Source of the DNA: an uncultured virus (IMG/VR IMGVR_UViG_3300044637_000715)
Lineage: Duplodnaviria; Heunggongvirae; Uroviricota; Caudoviricetes
Length of the DNA: 64,000 nt
Reading direction: 5' to 3' (one strand)
Virus record (IMG/VR): IMGVR_UViG_3300044637_000715
The notes below the pieces were generated by a model. That model ran no database searches and had not been told where the DNA came from. It saw only the letters and a program-made list of their open reading frames with translations. Every line of letters begins with the position of its first letter. Positions within the stretch are counted from its first letter, which is position 1. Positions 22,337-32,606 of this stretch are shown here, one piece after another. Made by a program: the position numbers and the translations under genes.

Positions 22337-24216
22337 TGTCCTTCAATAATTTCACAAATCTAGATTTTAATGATTTACGTACTCAGATAAAGGACTATCT
22401 GAGATCGAATAGCAATTTTACGGATTTTGATTTTGAAGGTTCTAATTTTTCAAGTTTAATTGATATACTAGCATACAACTCTTATATCACTGCCTTCAAT
22501 ACAAACATGGCAGTGAATGAATCCTTTATTGATAGTGCAACTCTTCGAGAAAATGTAGTCTCTCTTGCACGTAATATTGGATATGTTCCCAGATCCAAAA
22601 GAGCATCAAAAGCAAAAGTTAGTTTTACAGTTAATACAGCAGGGTTAAATTCAAAAACAGTCACTCTGAAGGCAGGAATCGTTGCTTTAGGTGCTGTTGA
22701 AAATGGTAATTATATCTTTTCAATTCCAGAGGATATCACAGTAGTAGTCGATAATAATGGATATGCAAATTTTACTGGGATTGATATCTATGAAGGTTCA
22801 TATTTAACAAAAACATATACAGTAGATAAATCACAATCAAATCAAAGATTTACAATTCCAAATACTGGTGTAGATTCATCTACAATTCGTGTGAAAGTTA
22901 CTGGTGTGATTACGGAAAAGTATCAATCATATGAAAATATTTTCCAAGTAAATAAAGATTCAAAACTTTTTCTGATACAAGAAATAGATGATGAGAAATA
23001 TGAGATTCTATTTGGTGATGATGTTATAGGGAAAAAACCAATTAGTGGAAGCACTATTTTTATCAGTTATATTATTACCAATGGAAGAGATGCAAATGGT
23101 GCAGCAAACTTTACTTTTTCTGGAATTTTAACTGATAATAATAGCACTTCAATTACAAACAATATTTCTTTATTAACTACTACACAATCATCAGAAAATG
23201 GTGATGACATCGAATCAATTGATTCAATTAAGTATCTTGGACCTAGGGTATATGCATCACAATACCGTGCAGTAACGGCAAATGACTACAAAGGTCTAAT
23301 CCCATATATATTTCCAAATGTAGACACTGTAACAGCATATGGTGGAGATGAGTTAGATCCACCAGAGTACGGTAAAGTTTATATTTCAATTAAACCAAGA
23401 AATGGTAAATATCTTTCACAAATTACAAAAGATAGTATTAAAAAAGATTTAAGACAATATTCAATTGCTGGAATTAAACCAGAAATTATTGATTTGAAAT
23501 ATATGTATGTTGAGTTGGATACAACAGTTTACTATGATAAAAGTACTACAATAGATCCAAATAATTTACAACTAAGAGTTACAAAAAATTTAGAATCTTA
23601 TAGTAAATCAACTGAATTGAATAGTTTTGGTGGTAGATTTAAATATAGTAAAGTTTCTTCTTTGATTGATAATACAAGCACATCTATTACTTCAAATATT
23701 ACTAAAATTAAAATCAGAAGGGATTTGCAACCTGAGTTTAATAAATTAGCAACATATGAAATATGCTTTGGAAATGAGTTTCATATCAAAAAATTAAATT
23801 CTGATGGTAGAGGGTATAATATAAAATCGACTGGATTTACAGTGCAAGATGTAAGTGGAACTTTGTATATGAGTGATATTCCAAAAACTGATGAAATTGG
23901 AACTATATTTTTCTTTAAATTGGTTGATGGTGTCCCTGTAATTGTAAATAATAATGCTGGAACTGTGGATTATATGAGAGGTGAAATTAAATTGACCACA
24001 ATCACATTCACATCATCTACAAGCACTGCTGGTATTGAAATAGAAGCAATACCAGAGTCAAATGATGTCCTTGCGTTGAAGGATATATACTTGGAACTAG
24101 ATACTACTAAACTTAATGTAAGTGTGCTAGAAGATGTGATTACATCTGGTGAAAATACTTCAGCAACACAATATGCGGTCACATCAAGTTACGTAAACGG
24201 AAATTATACAAGATAA
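22336..24216 (+). CDS. gp6: baseplate wedge subunit gp6
   Basis: FTDFDFEGSN...LAYN...ESFIDSATLRENVVSLARNIGYVP; RAVTANDY. Confidence 0.95.
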   Translation: MSFNNFTNLDFNDLRTQIKDYLRSNSNFTDFDFEGSNFSSLIDILAYNSYITAFNTNMAVNESFIDSATLRENVVSLARNIGYVPRSKRASKAKVSFTVNTAGLNSKTVTLKAGIVALGAVENGNYIFSIPEDITVVVDNNGYANFTGIDIYEGSYLTKTYTVDKSQSNQRFTIPNTGVDSSTIRVKVTGVITEKYQSYENIFQVNKDSKLFLIQEIDDEKYEILFGDDVIGKKPISGSTIFISYIITNGRDANGAANFTFSGILTDNNSTSITNNISLLTTTQSSENGDDIESIDSIKYLGPRVYASQYRAVTANDYKGLIPYIFPNVDTVTAYGGDELDPPEYGKVYISIKPRNGKYLSQITKDSIKKDLRQYSIAGIKPEIIDLKYMYVELDTTVYYDKSTTIDPNNLQLRVTKNLESYSKSTELNSFGGRFKYSKVSSLIDNTSTSITSNITKIKIRRDLQPEFNKLATYEICFGNEFHIKKLNSDGRGYNIKSTGFTVQDVSGTLYMSDIPKTDEIGTIFFFKLVDGVPVIVNNNAGTVDYMRGEIKLTTITFTSSTSTAGIEIEAIPESNDVLALKDIYLELDTTKLNVSVLEDVITSGENTSATQYAVTSSYVNGNYTR

Positions 24217-24217
24217 G

Positions 24218-27200
24218 ATGTCGGAAATCAAAAGAGTAAAAATTCAATCTATTGTTGAATCACAAATTCCAGAATTTTTGAATGATGATTCACCACTTTT
24301 TAGAGAATTTTTAGAGCAATACTATATTTCTCAAGAACATCAAACTGGTGTTGTAGATTTAGCAGTCAATTTACAACAATATAAGAGTATTGATAATTTT
24401 AATACTGAAACATTTTATACTACAGCAGTTCCTTGTATCTTAACAAAAGATGTAACATCTTTTGATGATGTAATTGTAGTCAATCATACAATTGGATTTC
24501 CGCAAAAATATGGTTTATTGAAAATTGATGATGAAATTATTACATATACTGGTATTACTACAAATAGTTTTACTGGATGTATTCGTGGATTTAGTGGGAT
24601 AGACAAACATTCAAATAATGATTCTTTTGTATTTTCATCTACTGATTCTACATCACATAGTGTTGATGGAACAGTAACGAATTTAAATTTATTATTCTTT
24701 AATGAAATATTTAAAAAGTTTAAAACTCAATTTTTACCTGGATTTGAGGATAGACAGTTTGTAACAGGATTAAATTTAAAAAATATTTTATCTAGAGCAA
24801 AAGATTTTTATATTTCAAAAGGAACTGATACTTCTTATAAAATTTTATTCAATGTTCTTTTTAGTAAAAATATTGAAGTTCTCAAACCACAAGATTATTT
24901 GTTGAGACCTTCTGATAATAATTATTTGATTACTAAGAATATTTTGGTCGAGCAGATAGTTAGAGATGAAACATTCAGAGTTAATGATTCTGTTTTAAGA
25001 AAACAATTAAAAGGAAAAACTATATTTGAAACTTTAAGTAATGGCAAAACTGCTAGTGCTGCTGTTTATAATGTAGAGTATAGACCAGTAGATGACCGAG
25101 ATTTATATGAAATTTCTTTAGATTCCACTTCATTTGTATTTAATTTTGAACCAACTAAAAAAACAAATATTGCAGAGTCTGTTGTCGAAGGGTCTTCGTT
25201 TATTATAGTAGATTCTACAGTTGGATTTAATAAAAGTGGTTCTTTGTTTATAAAAACATCAAATTTAGCAAATCCAATAACTTTATCTTATACGGATAAA
25301 ACTTTAACAGAATTTCTTGGAGTTTCTGGTGTTATTGCGGATTTAAACTTTGGAGAAGAATTAGTAGAGGAAAACTTTTTATATTCATATCTAGATGATG
25401 GAACTAAAGTTGAATTTAGATTAATTAATATTATTGATACTATTGATTATTCGCAAACATCTAGTTTAAGAGTTGGAGACAAAATACAACTTTCTTCATT
25501 CGGAATTGATTTGAATGATAGAAAAGAATTTAATTTTTGGAATTATAATATCCCATCATCTCATAAAATAAAATCTATTAATGGTAGTAGATTATATTTT
25601 TATGATAATTTAAATTTTATTATTGGAGATAGATTTGACTTATTAAATCCAGATGATGAAAATGATAATATTTTATCGGTAAGTGTAAAAGATTATGGTT
25701 TTAATGCTAATGGGTATTATGTTGATATTAATGAAACAAATTTAAATATAGCATCAAAAACTGAAATTAAAAAAACAATTAAAAAGGCAAGTAGTGCTTT
25801 AAATTATTTTTCATCAATTTCGATTTTACCAACAGGAGTGCAAAATACTTATGTTGACTATAATTTTGATAATTTTTATGTCACTTCTTCTGGTTTACCA
25901 CATGACACAATTTATGCAACAGATAGAAAAACAAAAGTTACTAAAACCACAAATCCAAATTGGATTGATAGTGTAGGGATTACAAGTGTATTAAATTGTC
26001 CCAATCATAATTTTTACACTGGAGAAAAAATTTATTATAGCCCATCTTCTAATTCTGGAATTAAAACTTCTATCTACTTTTTGACAAAATATGATGAGAA
26101 TAATATTAAACTTTCTTATAGTAATACTGACTTATATACCAAAACTTATATTAAATTTTCGAATGTAGGGAATGAAGATTCTTTTGTACAATTAAATTAT
26201 CAAAATAAAACATTAGAACACCAAAAATTATTTAAAAAATTTAATTTAATTAAGAAAAACCAATTTTTCGATGACCCAGAAAAAAGAAATACAATCAATA
26301 AAAAAATAGGTATTTTAGCAGACGGAGTTGAACTATTTTCAACAACTATTTTTCAAGATAATATTTACTATGGAAAATTAGATTCAGTATTCATTGATGG
26401 TAAAGGTGAAGGATATGATGTAATTAATTTTTCTGGAATAAGTATTGAAGATAATTCTGGTTTCGGTGCCATTGCAAATGGATGTATAACAGGAAGTCTG
26501 AAGGAAGTAAAATTATTATCACCAGGAATTGGTTATCAATCAAAACCAAAAATTACTTTAACTGGTGGAAATGGTTCTGGTGCTGTATTGGAATCAAATT
26601 TAGTAAAAAAAAGAATTACTTCAAATTTTAAAGCAACTAGTATATACAGCAATAGTATTAATTTTTCACAAAATCACAATTTTGATAATTTTGAAGAAGT
26701 TTTTTATAATAAAAATTCAAATACTTCCATATCTCCCCTTATTAATGGTGCTTCATATTTTGTTGGTGTAACTAGCACAACACAAATAAAATTATATAAT
26801 ACAAAAAATGATTCCGTATCTGGAATCAATACTATTTCGATTAGTGGTATAGGTTATTCTGGAGTTCACAGTTTAACTACAGTAAATTCAAAAAATACAA
26901 TAACAAAAATATATGTAAAGAATGGTGGTTCTGGATATTCAAATAGATTTGTAGCAGTTCCATCAATATTATCTGCAGATAATACTACTGTTGGCATCAA
27001 TACTTTTGATAATTATATTTTTGCAAAAAATCATAATTTTAAAAATGAAGATTTAGTATTATACACAACATCAGACACTGTAATATCTGGTTTATCCACT
27101 CAGATTAATTATCATGTTACTGTAGTCGATGAAAATAAATTTAAATTATCAATTGCTGGAATTGCCACAAATATTTCTAGAGAAAACTATATTAATAAAA

Positions 27201-30200
27201 AATATGTAAATTTTAATTCTGTTGGAGTAGGAACTCATAAATTTTCATATCCACCAATTGAAATTAATGTCGATTCAATTAGTGGAATTACTACCACAAT
27301 TATAAAACCATCATTAGACCCAATTGTTCTTGGATCTTTTGATAACATTTTTGTAGAAAATAATGGAAGTAATTATGGAACACCAGACATTATTAATTTT
27401 CACAGAAAACCATTGGTTACTGTAAGTAATTACACATCTAAAGCTTTATTGAAACCTATTATTTCTGATGGTTTAATTGTTGACGTTCAAATATTAAATG
27501 CGGGAAATGGTTATTCAAATGATATTGATATAGTCGTCACTAGTGAAAGTGGAAAATATGCTGAATTGCATCCAACCGTAGTAAATGGAAAAATAACTCA
27601 AGTTTCAGTTATTAATTCTGGGTTAAACTATGATAAAACAAATACATCATTAGACATAAAAAAAAGAGGTTCTGGTGCTAGATTTATAGGCAATGTTTTT
27701 GAATGGAAATTAAATCAAATTGAAAGAAATAAGTCAATTATAAATTTTGAAGATGAAGGTGTTATTGTACCAAGTGATAATGATGATTTTGGATTGCAAT
27801 TTGTAAATTATTACCCATCTAAAAAATTAAGAAAAAATTTAAATAATTTTATCAATATAAATGGCACAGAAAATCCACCAAAAGGATCAACAAATCCATA
27901 TCAAATTTTAGGATGGGCATATGATGGAAATCCTATTTTTGGTCCTTATGGCAAAATAAATGGACAAATTAAACAATTAAAATCGAGTTACAATAAAATT
28001 ACTGAGTTTGAAGTATCAAATTTAGTTAATTTAAATTTGAGACCAAATTTTAATTCTGGATTCTTTGTTCAAGATTTTTATTACGATAAAGCAAAATCTA
28101 ATGGTGATTTAGACAAATATAATGGGATGTTTATAGATAATGACGATTTCCCAAATATTAACTATGGATATTTTCTTAGCCTCGATGATGAAGGAAACCC
28201 AGAATATCCATATTTAATTGGTTCGGAGTTTAAAGATATTCCAATACAAGAAAATTTTGAACCTTCATTTAATCAAGAATTAGATTTTGATAATTTGGAT
28301 ATAGTAAGAAATACTGGACCATATTATTTAAATTCTTCATATGCATCTTATGATTTAATTAATAAAATTGAATCAAAATATAAACAAGAATTTATAGTAA
28401 AACAAATACAATCTTCTGGTATAAATTCCATATCAATTTATGATACAGGTCAAGATTACAAAACAGGAGATAATCTTGTCTTTGATAATTTAACCTCTGG
28501 GGGAACTGGGATATCTGCTGCAATATCAAGAGTTGAAGGAAAAGAAGTTTCAAATATTCAAATTGGAGTATCTACTTTTTCTGGTGTTACTTTTATCACA
28601 AAGGGAACTAGAGTAAAAGGAATTGCAAAAATACCTCATAATTTGATTACAAATGATGAAATTTTAGTTACTTCTATTTCTTCTAGTCCTTATAATTATA
28701 TCCAAGGATTTAAAAAAGTATTAGTAAATCAAAAGACTGTTGGGTTAATAAATGATGTTCCAAATCAATCAACTACTGGTGTAACAACTCATATTAGTGT
28801 AAATGATATTTCTGGGTTTGAAGTTGATAACTTAATTAAAATTGGTACAGAAACTTTAAGAGTTATTGATATATCATCTTCTGAGTCAAAATTATTTGTA
28901 AATCGATATGAAAATTATGCTGGAATTCATACTGTAGGTATCGTTTCTGTGGCATTGCTTCCCAATACATTTACATTCAATGCCTCACAGTATGATGATA
29001 CTATCATTGAAAACAAAACTATTTACTTCAATCCTACTAATACAATAGGAATAGGTACTAGTGGAACAAATTATTACAAACTTGTTGGTATTAAAACTGA
29101 TTTTGGTTCATTTGATGCAGCAATAACCAATTATATTGGAATTAATACTATTGCATTACAAATTGGTGATTATGTTTCTGGAACTAATGTTTCTGCTGGA
29201 ACAACTATTATAAGTGTTGGAATTGGAAGTATCCAAATTTCACCAAATCACAGTCTTGGTGGTGGGATATCTACCACTGTTGTTTCCATTCAAAGATCAA
29301 TATATGACAAATTTGTTCCATCTCGTTCAATTTATTTACCAAATCACAAATATTATACAGGACAATCTTTAACTTATAATGTTGGATTGGGTGGAACTGG
29401 AATCATAGTATCAAATACTGGTGCAGGTTCTACATTTAGAATAAATCAAAACCAAACAGTATATGCGGTCAATTTAGGAAACGATTATATTGGATTATCC
29501 ACTTTGGGATTCACAACAATCACAGGAATTGGAACAACAAATAATTCATTATACTTCTTTTCACCAACAACAAATATTGGACTAGCACATTCATTAACAA
29601 CACAATATTCTAAAATTACTGGAACTTTTGAAAATTACTCTGTTATTGTTTCAACCGCACAAACTCACGGACTGGAAACAGACGATAAAATAAAATTTAA
29701 TGTATATCCAAGTTTTTCCAATACAATAAAATTAAGATATGATTCCAAACTTAGAAAAATTACAACAGACAAAATTAACTTTAATGCTTCTTCGGTTGGT
29801 GTAAATACACAAACAAATGAAATTACTATAATTGATAATAAATTAAAAACTGGTGATAAAGTTGTTTATTATACTAATGGTAATACTGTTATTGGTGGAT
29901 TGGATGATAATAAAACTTATTATATCCTAAAGCAAGACCCAGATAAAATAAAATTATCAAATTATCTGTATGATACAACTGTTGGAACTTGCATTAGTTT
30001 CACAAGTGTTGGTGTATCTACTCATAGTATAGCACTTATAAATCCATCAGTTAGTTTAACTAAAGGAGATTCATTAACTTTTGATTTGAGTGATGCTTCT
30101 GGGATGGATTTGAGATTATATAAAGATCCAAATTTTGTTAAAGAAATTGAAAGTTTTAAATATATTGACAATAATAATAGAAAATTAAATACTCAAACGA

Positions 30201-32572
30201 CTGATGTTCCAAATGAAATATATTACAATTTAATACCATCAGAAAGTTCTTTTTCTGAATTATTCCAGATTTCTTCTGATACAGAAGTTATTGCAAATAA
30301 TAGAATTAAAATAGTTCCTAGCACATTTAATAATGAATATCCAATTATAGGAATTGGAAGTACTGCATTTAAGTTTAATTTAAATACAAAACCAGAAAAT
30401 ACATTATACACAATTTCGAGTGGAGTATCTACTATTTTTTATGATACAAATTCCACGAATGCAACTGGTTCAATATCAAAAATAAAAGTTAATTTTGGTG
30501 GAAAAAGATATACAAAATTACCAAAAATTTCTTCAATTGAAACTATTTCTGGTAAAAATGCAATTCTAAAATCATCATCTTCTACAATAGGAAAAGTTAA
30601 TCATTTAGAAAGAGTTAAAGATGGATTTAATTACCCAACTGACATCACATTAACACCATTTTTAAGTGCTCCAGCAATCGTTCAAATTAAAGATATTTTA
30701 AGAATTGATTATGTTGGCATAACAACTGGAGGGAAAGGATATAATACTGCACCATCACTTAAAGTTATTGGGAATGATAAGATAAAGTTATCTGCAGAAT
30801 TGCAAAGTGGAAGTATTGTTGGAGTAAAAGTTGTTGAAAATACTAATGATTTGACAACACCATTGAGAATTGTACCTATAAACAATTCTAATGGATATGA
30901 GATTGATGATATTGTAGCAACAAATGATGGTTCTATAGTTACTTTAGAATTACTAAATGATAATCAATTGTATCCATTAATTACAACAGGATATGGAAAA
31001 ACTGAAACTATATTCCCATTTGCTATTGGAGATGAAATTTTTATAGAAAAATGTAGGCAGCAAGATAAAACAAAAGATAATTTCAATTCAAAAGATTATG
31101 GATATAAGTTTTTTACTGTAACTGGAATAAGTTCAGAAAACTTTACTGTGACTTTTAGTATGACTGGTGTAAAGGATAATTTAAATCTCAATCAAGACAA
31201 TCTTGAAGGCAATTATATCAATACTTATGGATATGGAGTTGTTATTAATAAAAAGGATATGCCAGAATTTGAGATGGTTCTCATTGATGATTTAAGTTAT
31301 ATTTCAGGTGAAAAAGTTACTGGATTTGATAATGTTGGAAATTCAGTATTTTCCGCAACCGTCATGGAAAATGGTTGGGATAACGATATTAACCAATTAC
31401 GATTAATTGGTGCAAAAGGTGAATTGGAAGTTGGAAATAAACTAAAGGGTGAAAAATCATTATTAAATGGTACTGTTGAATTTGTTAATAAATTTAACTT
31501 AAAATCAACACTTGGAGTTATAAGAGACAAAGTTAATGATGCTGGAAATGAAATTGGATTTTTAAATAATTATCAACAAAGAATTTCTGATAATTCTTAT
31601 TATCAGAAATTTTCATATTCAATTAAGGGTGAAATTCCTTATGATGTATGGAAAGAACCAGTTCGTTCTATTATTCATCCAGCAGGATTTAAAGAATTTT
31701 CTGATTTGGATGTAATTAGTTCTATTTCATATACTTCAACAAAAAATCTAAAGGTTGGAATTGCAAACTCTACATTAGATTTAGTTGTAAATATTGATAA
31801 TTTGTCATCATTTTATAACCGAAATAATTTCTCATTAGTCACAGAAGATGAAGAAAGTTTATTTGAAGATGGGTCTATCGAAAGGGTAAATATTGGAGCA
31901 GCAGAAGCAAACGTTGCTGGTGTTGGTGTAATTGGACCTATTTTTGGACGAGCACTTAAACCATACATTCTGAGTAAAACAAATAAAGTTTTGTTGATGG
32001 ATGATATAAGTGATAAATTTAATGGTTCAAATGAATATATTTCAATTGCGTCAACATCTGCATCATTTGATAGTTTTTATCCATATTATATAAATCTTAC
32101 TACTGATAATTTAAATGTTGGTGATTATGTTGGATTTTCCACTTTACTTATTCCAGACAATACTGTTATTACTGAAATTGGTGTTGGAAGTGTAAGATTG
32201 AATCTTCCACATAAATTAAATCACGGAACCCAAACTTCTAATGTAAAAATTAGAAGAAGACTTCCTGGAAATTCTGTTGTTGGAATTAAATCTTTTAGTT
32301 TGACTAGTAAAGGAACACCTTTATTTTATCGTGAATTTAATAGTTCTTCCAATAGTGTTGTTAATATTGACAATGATATAATTAATCTTCCAAATCATAA
32401 TTTCCAAACAGGTCAAAAGATATTATATTCTGGAACAATTTCGGAGTTTAACCCAACTGGAATAGCAAATACATCTGTGGAAAATACATTTGCTTATGGT
32501 ATAAACAAAAAATTTGATGATACACTTTGGAATTCATTTGATTTGACTACAGTTACATTCGACTCAAATTAA
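24218..32572 (+). CDS. large baseplate wedge initiator, gp7-like (N-terminal part)
   Basis: Follows gp6; SQIPEF...FLEQYY, KDFYISKGT, GWAYDGNPIFGPYG, YYQKFSYSIK...HPAGFK. Confidence 0.8.
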   Translation: MSEIKRVKIQSIVESQIPEFLNDDSPLFREFLEQYYISQEHQTGVVDLAVNLQQYKSIDNFNTETFYTTAVPCILTKDVTSFDDVIVVNHTIGFPQKYGLLKIDDEIITYTGITTNSFTGCIRGFSGIDKHSNNDSFVFSSTDSTSHSVDGTVTNLNLLFFNEIFKKFKTQFLPGFEDRQFVTGLNLKNILSRAKDFYISKGTDTSYKILFNVLFSKNIEVLKPQDYLLRPSDNNYLITKNILVEQIVRDETFRVNDSVLRKQLKGKTIFETLSNGKTASAAVYNVEYRPVDDRDLYEISLDSTSFVFNFEPTKKTNIAESVVEGSSFIIVDSTVGFNKSGSLFIKTSNLANPITLSYTDKTLTEFLGVSGVIADLNFGEELVEENFLYSYLDDGTKVEFRLINIIDTIDYSQTSSLRVGDKIQLSSFGIDLNDRKEFNFWNYNIPSSHKIKSINGSRLYFYDNLNFIIGDRFDLLNPDDENDNILSVSVKDYGFNANGYYVDINETNLNIASKTEIKKTIKKASSALNYFSSISILPTGVQNTYVDYNFDNFYVTSSGLPHDTIYATDRKTKVTKTTNPNWIDSVGITSVLNCPNHNFYTGEKIYYSPSSNSGIKTSIYFLTKYDENNIKLSYSNTDLYTKTYIKFSNVGNEDSFVQLNYQNKTLEHQKLFKKFNLIKKNQFFDDPEKRNTINKKIGILADGVELFSTTIFQDNIYYGKLDSVFIDGKGEGYDVINFSGISIEDNSGFGAIANGCITGSLKEVKLLSPGIGYQSKPKITLTGGNGSGAVLESNLVKKRITSNFKATSIYSNSINFSQNHNFDNFEEVFYNKNSNTSISPLINGASYFVGVTSTTQIKLYNTKNDSVSGINTISISGIGYSGVHSLTTVNSKNTITKIYVKNGGSGYSNRFVAVPSILSADNTTVGINTFDNYIFAKNHNFKNEDLVLYTTSDTVISGLSTQINYHVTVVDENKFKLSIAGIATNISRENYINKKYVNFNSVGVGTHKFSYPPIEINVDSISGITTTIIKPSLDPIVLGSFDNIFVENNGSNYGTPDIINFHRKPLVTVSNYTSKALLKPIISDGLIVDVQILNAGNGYSNDIDIVVTSESGKYAELHPTVVNGKITQVSVINSGLNYDKTNTSLDIKKRGSGARFIGNVFEWKLNQIERNKSIINFEDEGVIVPSDNDDFGLQFVNYYPSKKLRKNLNNFININGTENPPKGSTNPYQILGWAYDGNPIFGPYGKINGQIKQLKSSYNKITEFEVSNLVNLNLRPNFNSGFFVQDFYYDKAKSNGDLDKYNGMFIDNDDFPNINYGYFLSLDDEGNPEYPYLIGSEFKDIPIQENFEPSFNQELDFDNLDIVRNTGPYYLNSSYASYDLINKIESKYKQEFIVKQIQSSGINSISIYDTGQDYKTGDNLVFDNLTSGGTGISAAISRVEGKEVSNIQIGVSTFSGVTFITKGTRVKGIAKIPHNLITNDEILVTSISSSPYNYIQGFKKVLVNQKTVGLINDVPNQSTTGVTTHISVNDISGFEVDNLIKIGTETLRVIDISSSESKLFVNRYENYAGIHTVGIVSVALLPNTFTFNASQYDDTIIENKTIYFNPTNTIGIGTSGTNYYKLVGIKTDFGSFDAAITNYIGINTIALQIGDYVSGTNVSAGTTIISVGIGSIQISPNHSLGGGISTTVVSIQRSIYDKFVPSRSIYLPNHKYYTGQSLTYNVGLGGTGIIVSNTGAGSTFRINQNQTVYAVNLGNDYIGLSTLGFTTITGIGTTNNSLYFFSPTTNIGLAHSLTTQYSKITGTFENYSVIVSTAQTHGLETDDKIKFNVYPSFSNTIKLRYDSKLRKITTDKINFNASSVGVNTQTNEITIIDNKLKTGDKVVYYTNGNTVIGGLDDNKTYYILKQDPDKIKLSNYLYDTTVGTCISFTSVGVSTHSIALINPSVSLTKGDSLTFDLSDASGMDLRLYKDPNFVKEIESFKYIDNNNRKLNTQTTDVPNEIYYNLIPSESSFSELFQISSDTEVIANNRIKIVPSTFNNEYPIIGIGSTAFKFNLNTKPENTLYTISSGVSTIFYDTNSTNATGSISKIKVNFGGKRYTKLPKISSIETISGKNAILKSSSSTIGKVNHLERVKDGFNYPTDITLTPFLSAPAIVQIKDILRIDYVGITTGGKGYNTAPSLKVIGNDKIKLSAELQSGSIVGVKVVENTNDLTTPLRIVPINNSNGYEIDDIVATNDGSIVTLELLNDNQLYPLITTGYGKTETIFPFAIGDEIFIEKCRQQDKTKDNFNSKDYGYKFFTVTGISSENFTVTFSMTGVKDNLNLNQDNLEGNYINTYGYGVVINKKDMPEFEMVLIDDLSYISGEKVTGFDNVGNSVFSATVMENGWDNDINQLRLIGAKGELEVGNKLKGEKSLLNGTVEFVNKFNLKSTLGVIRDKVNDAGNEIGFLNNYQQRISDNSYYQKFSYSIKGEIPYDVWKEPVRSIIHPAGFKEFSDLDVISSISYTSTKNLKVGIANSTLDLVVNIDNLSSFYNRNNFSLVTEDEESLFEDGSIERVNIGAAEANVAGVGVIGPIFGRALKPYILSKTNKVLLMDDISDKFNGSNEYISIASTSASFDSFYPYYINLTTDNLNVGDYVGFSTLLIPDNTVITEIGVGSVRLNLPHKLNHGTQTSNVKIRRRLPGNSVVGIKSFSLTSKGTPLFYREFNSSSNSVVNIDNDIINLPNHNFQTGQKILYSGTISEFNPTGIANTSVENTFAYGINKKFDDTLWNSFDLTTVTFDSN

Positions 32573-32606
32573 AACATAAATAAACAAAAAGGCAGTCTAT
32601 TAAATA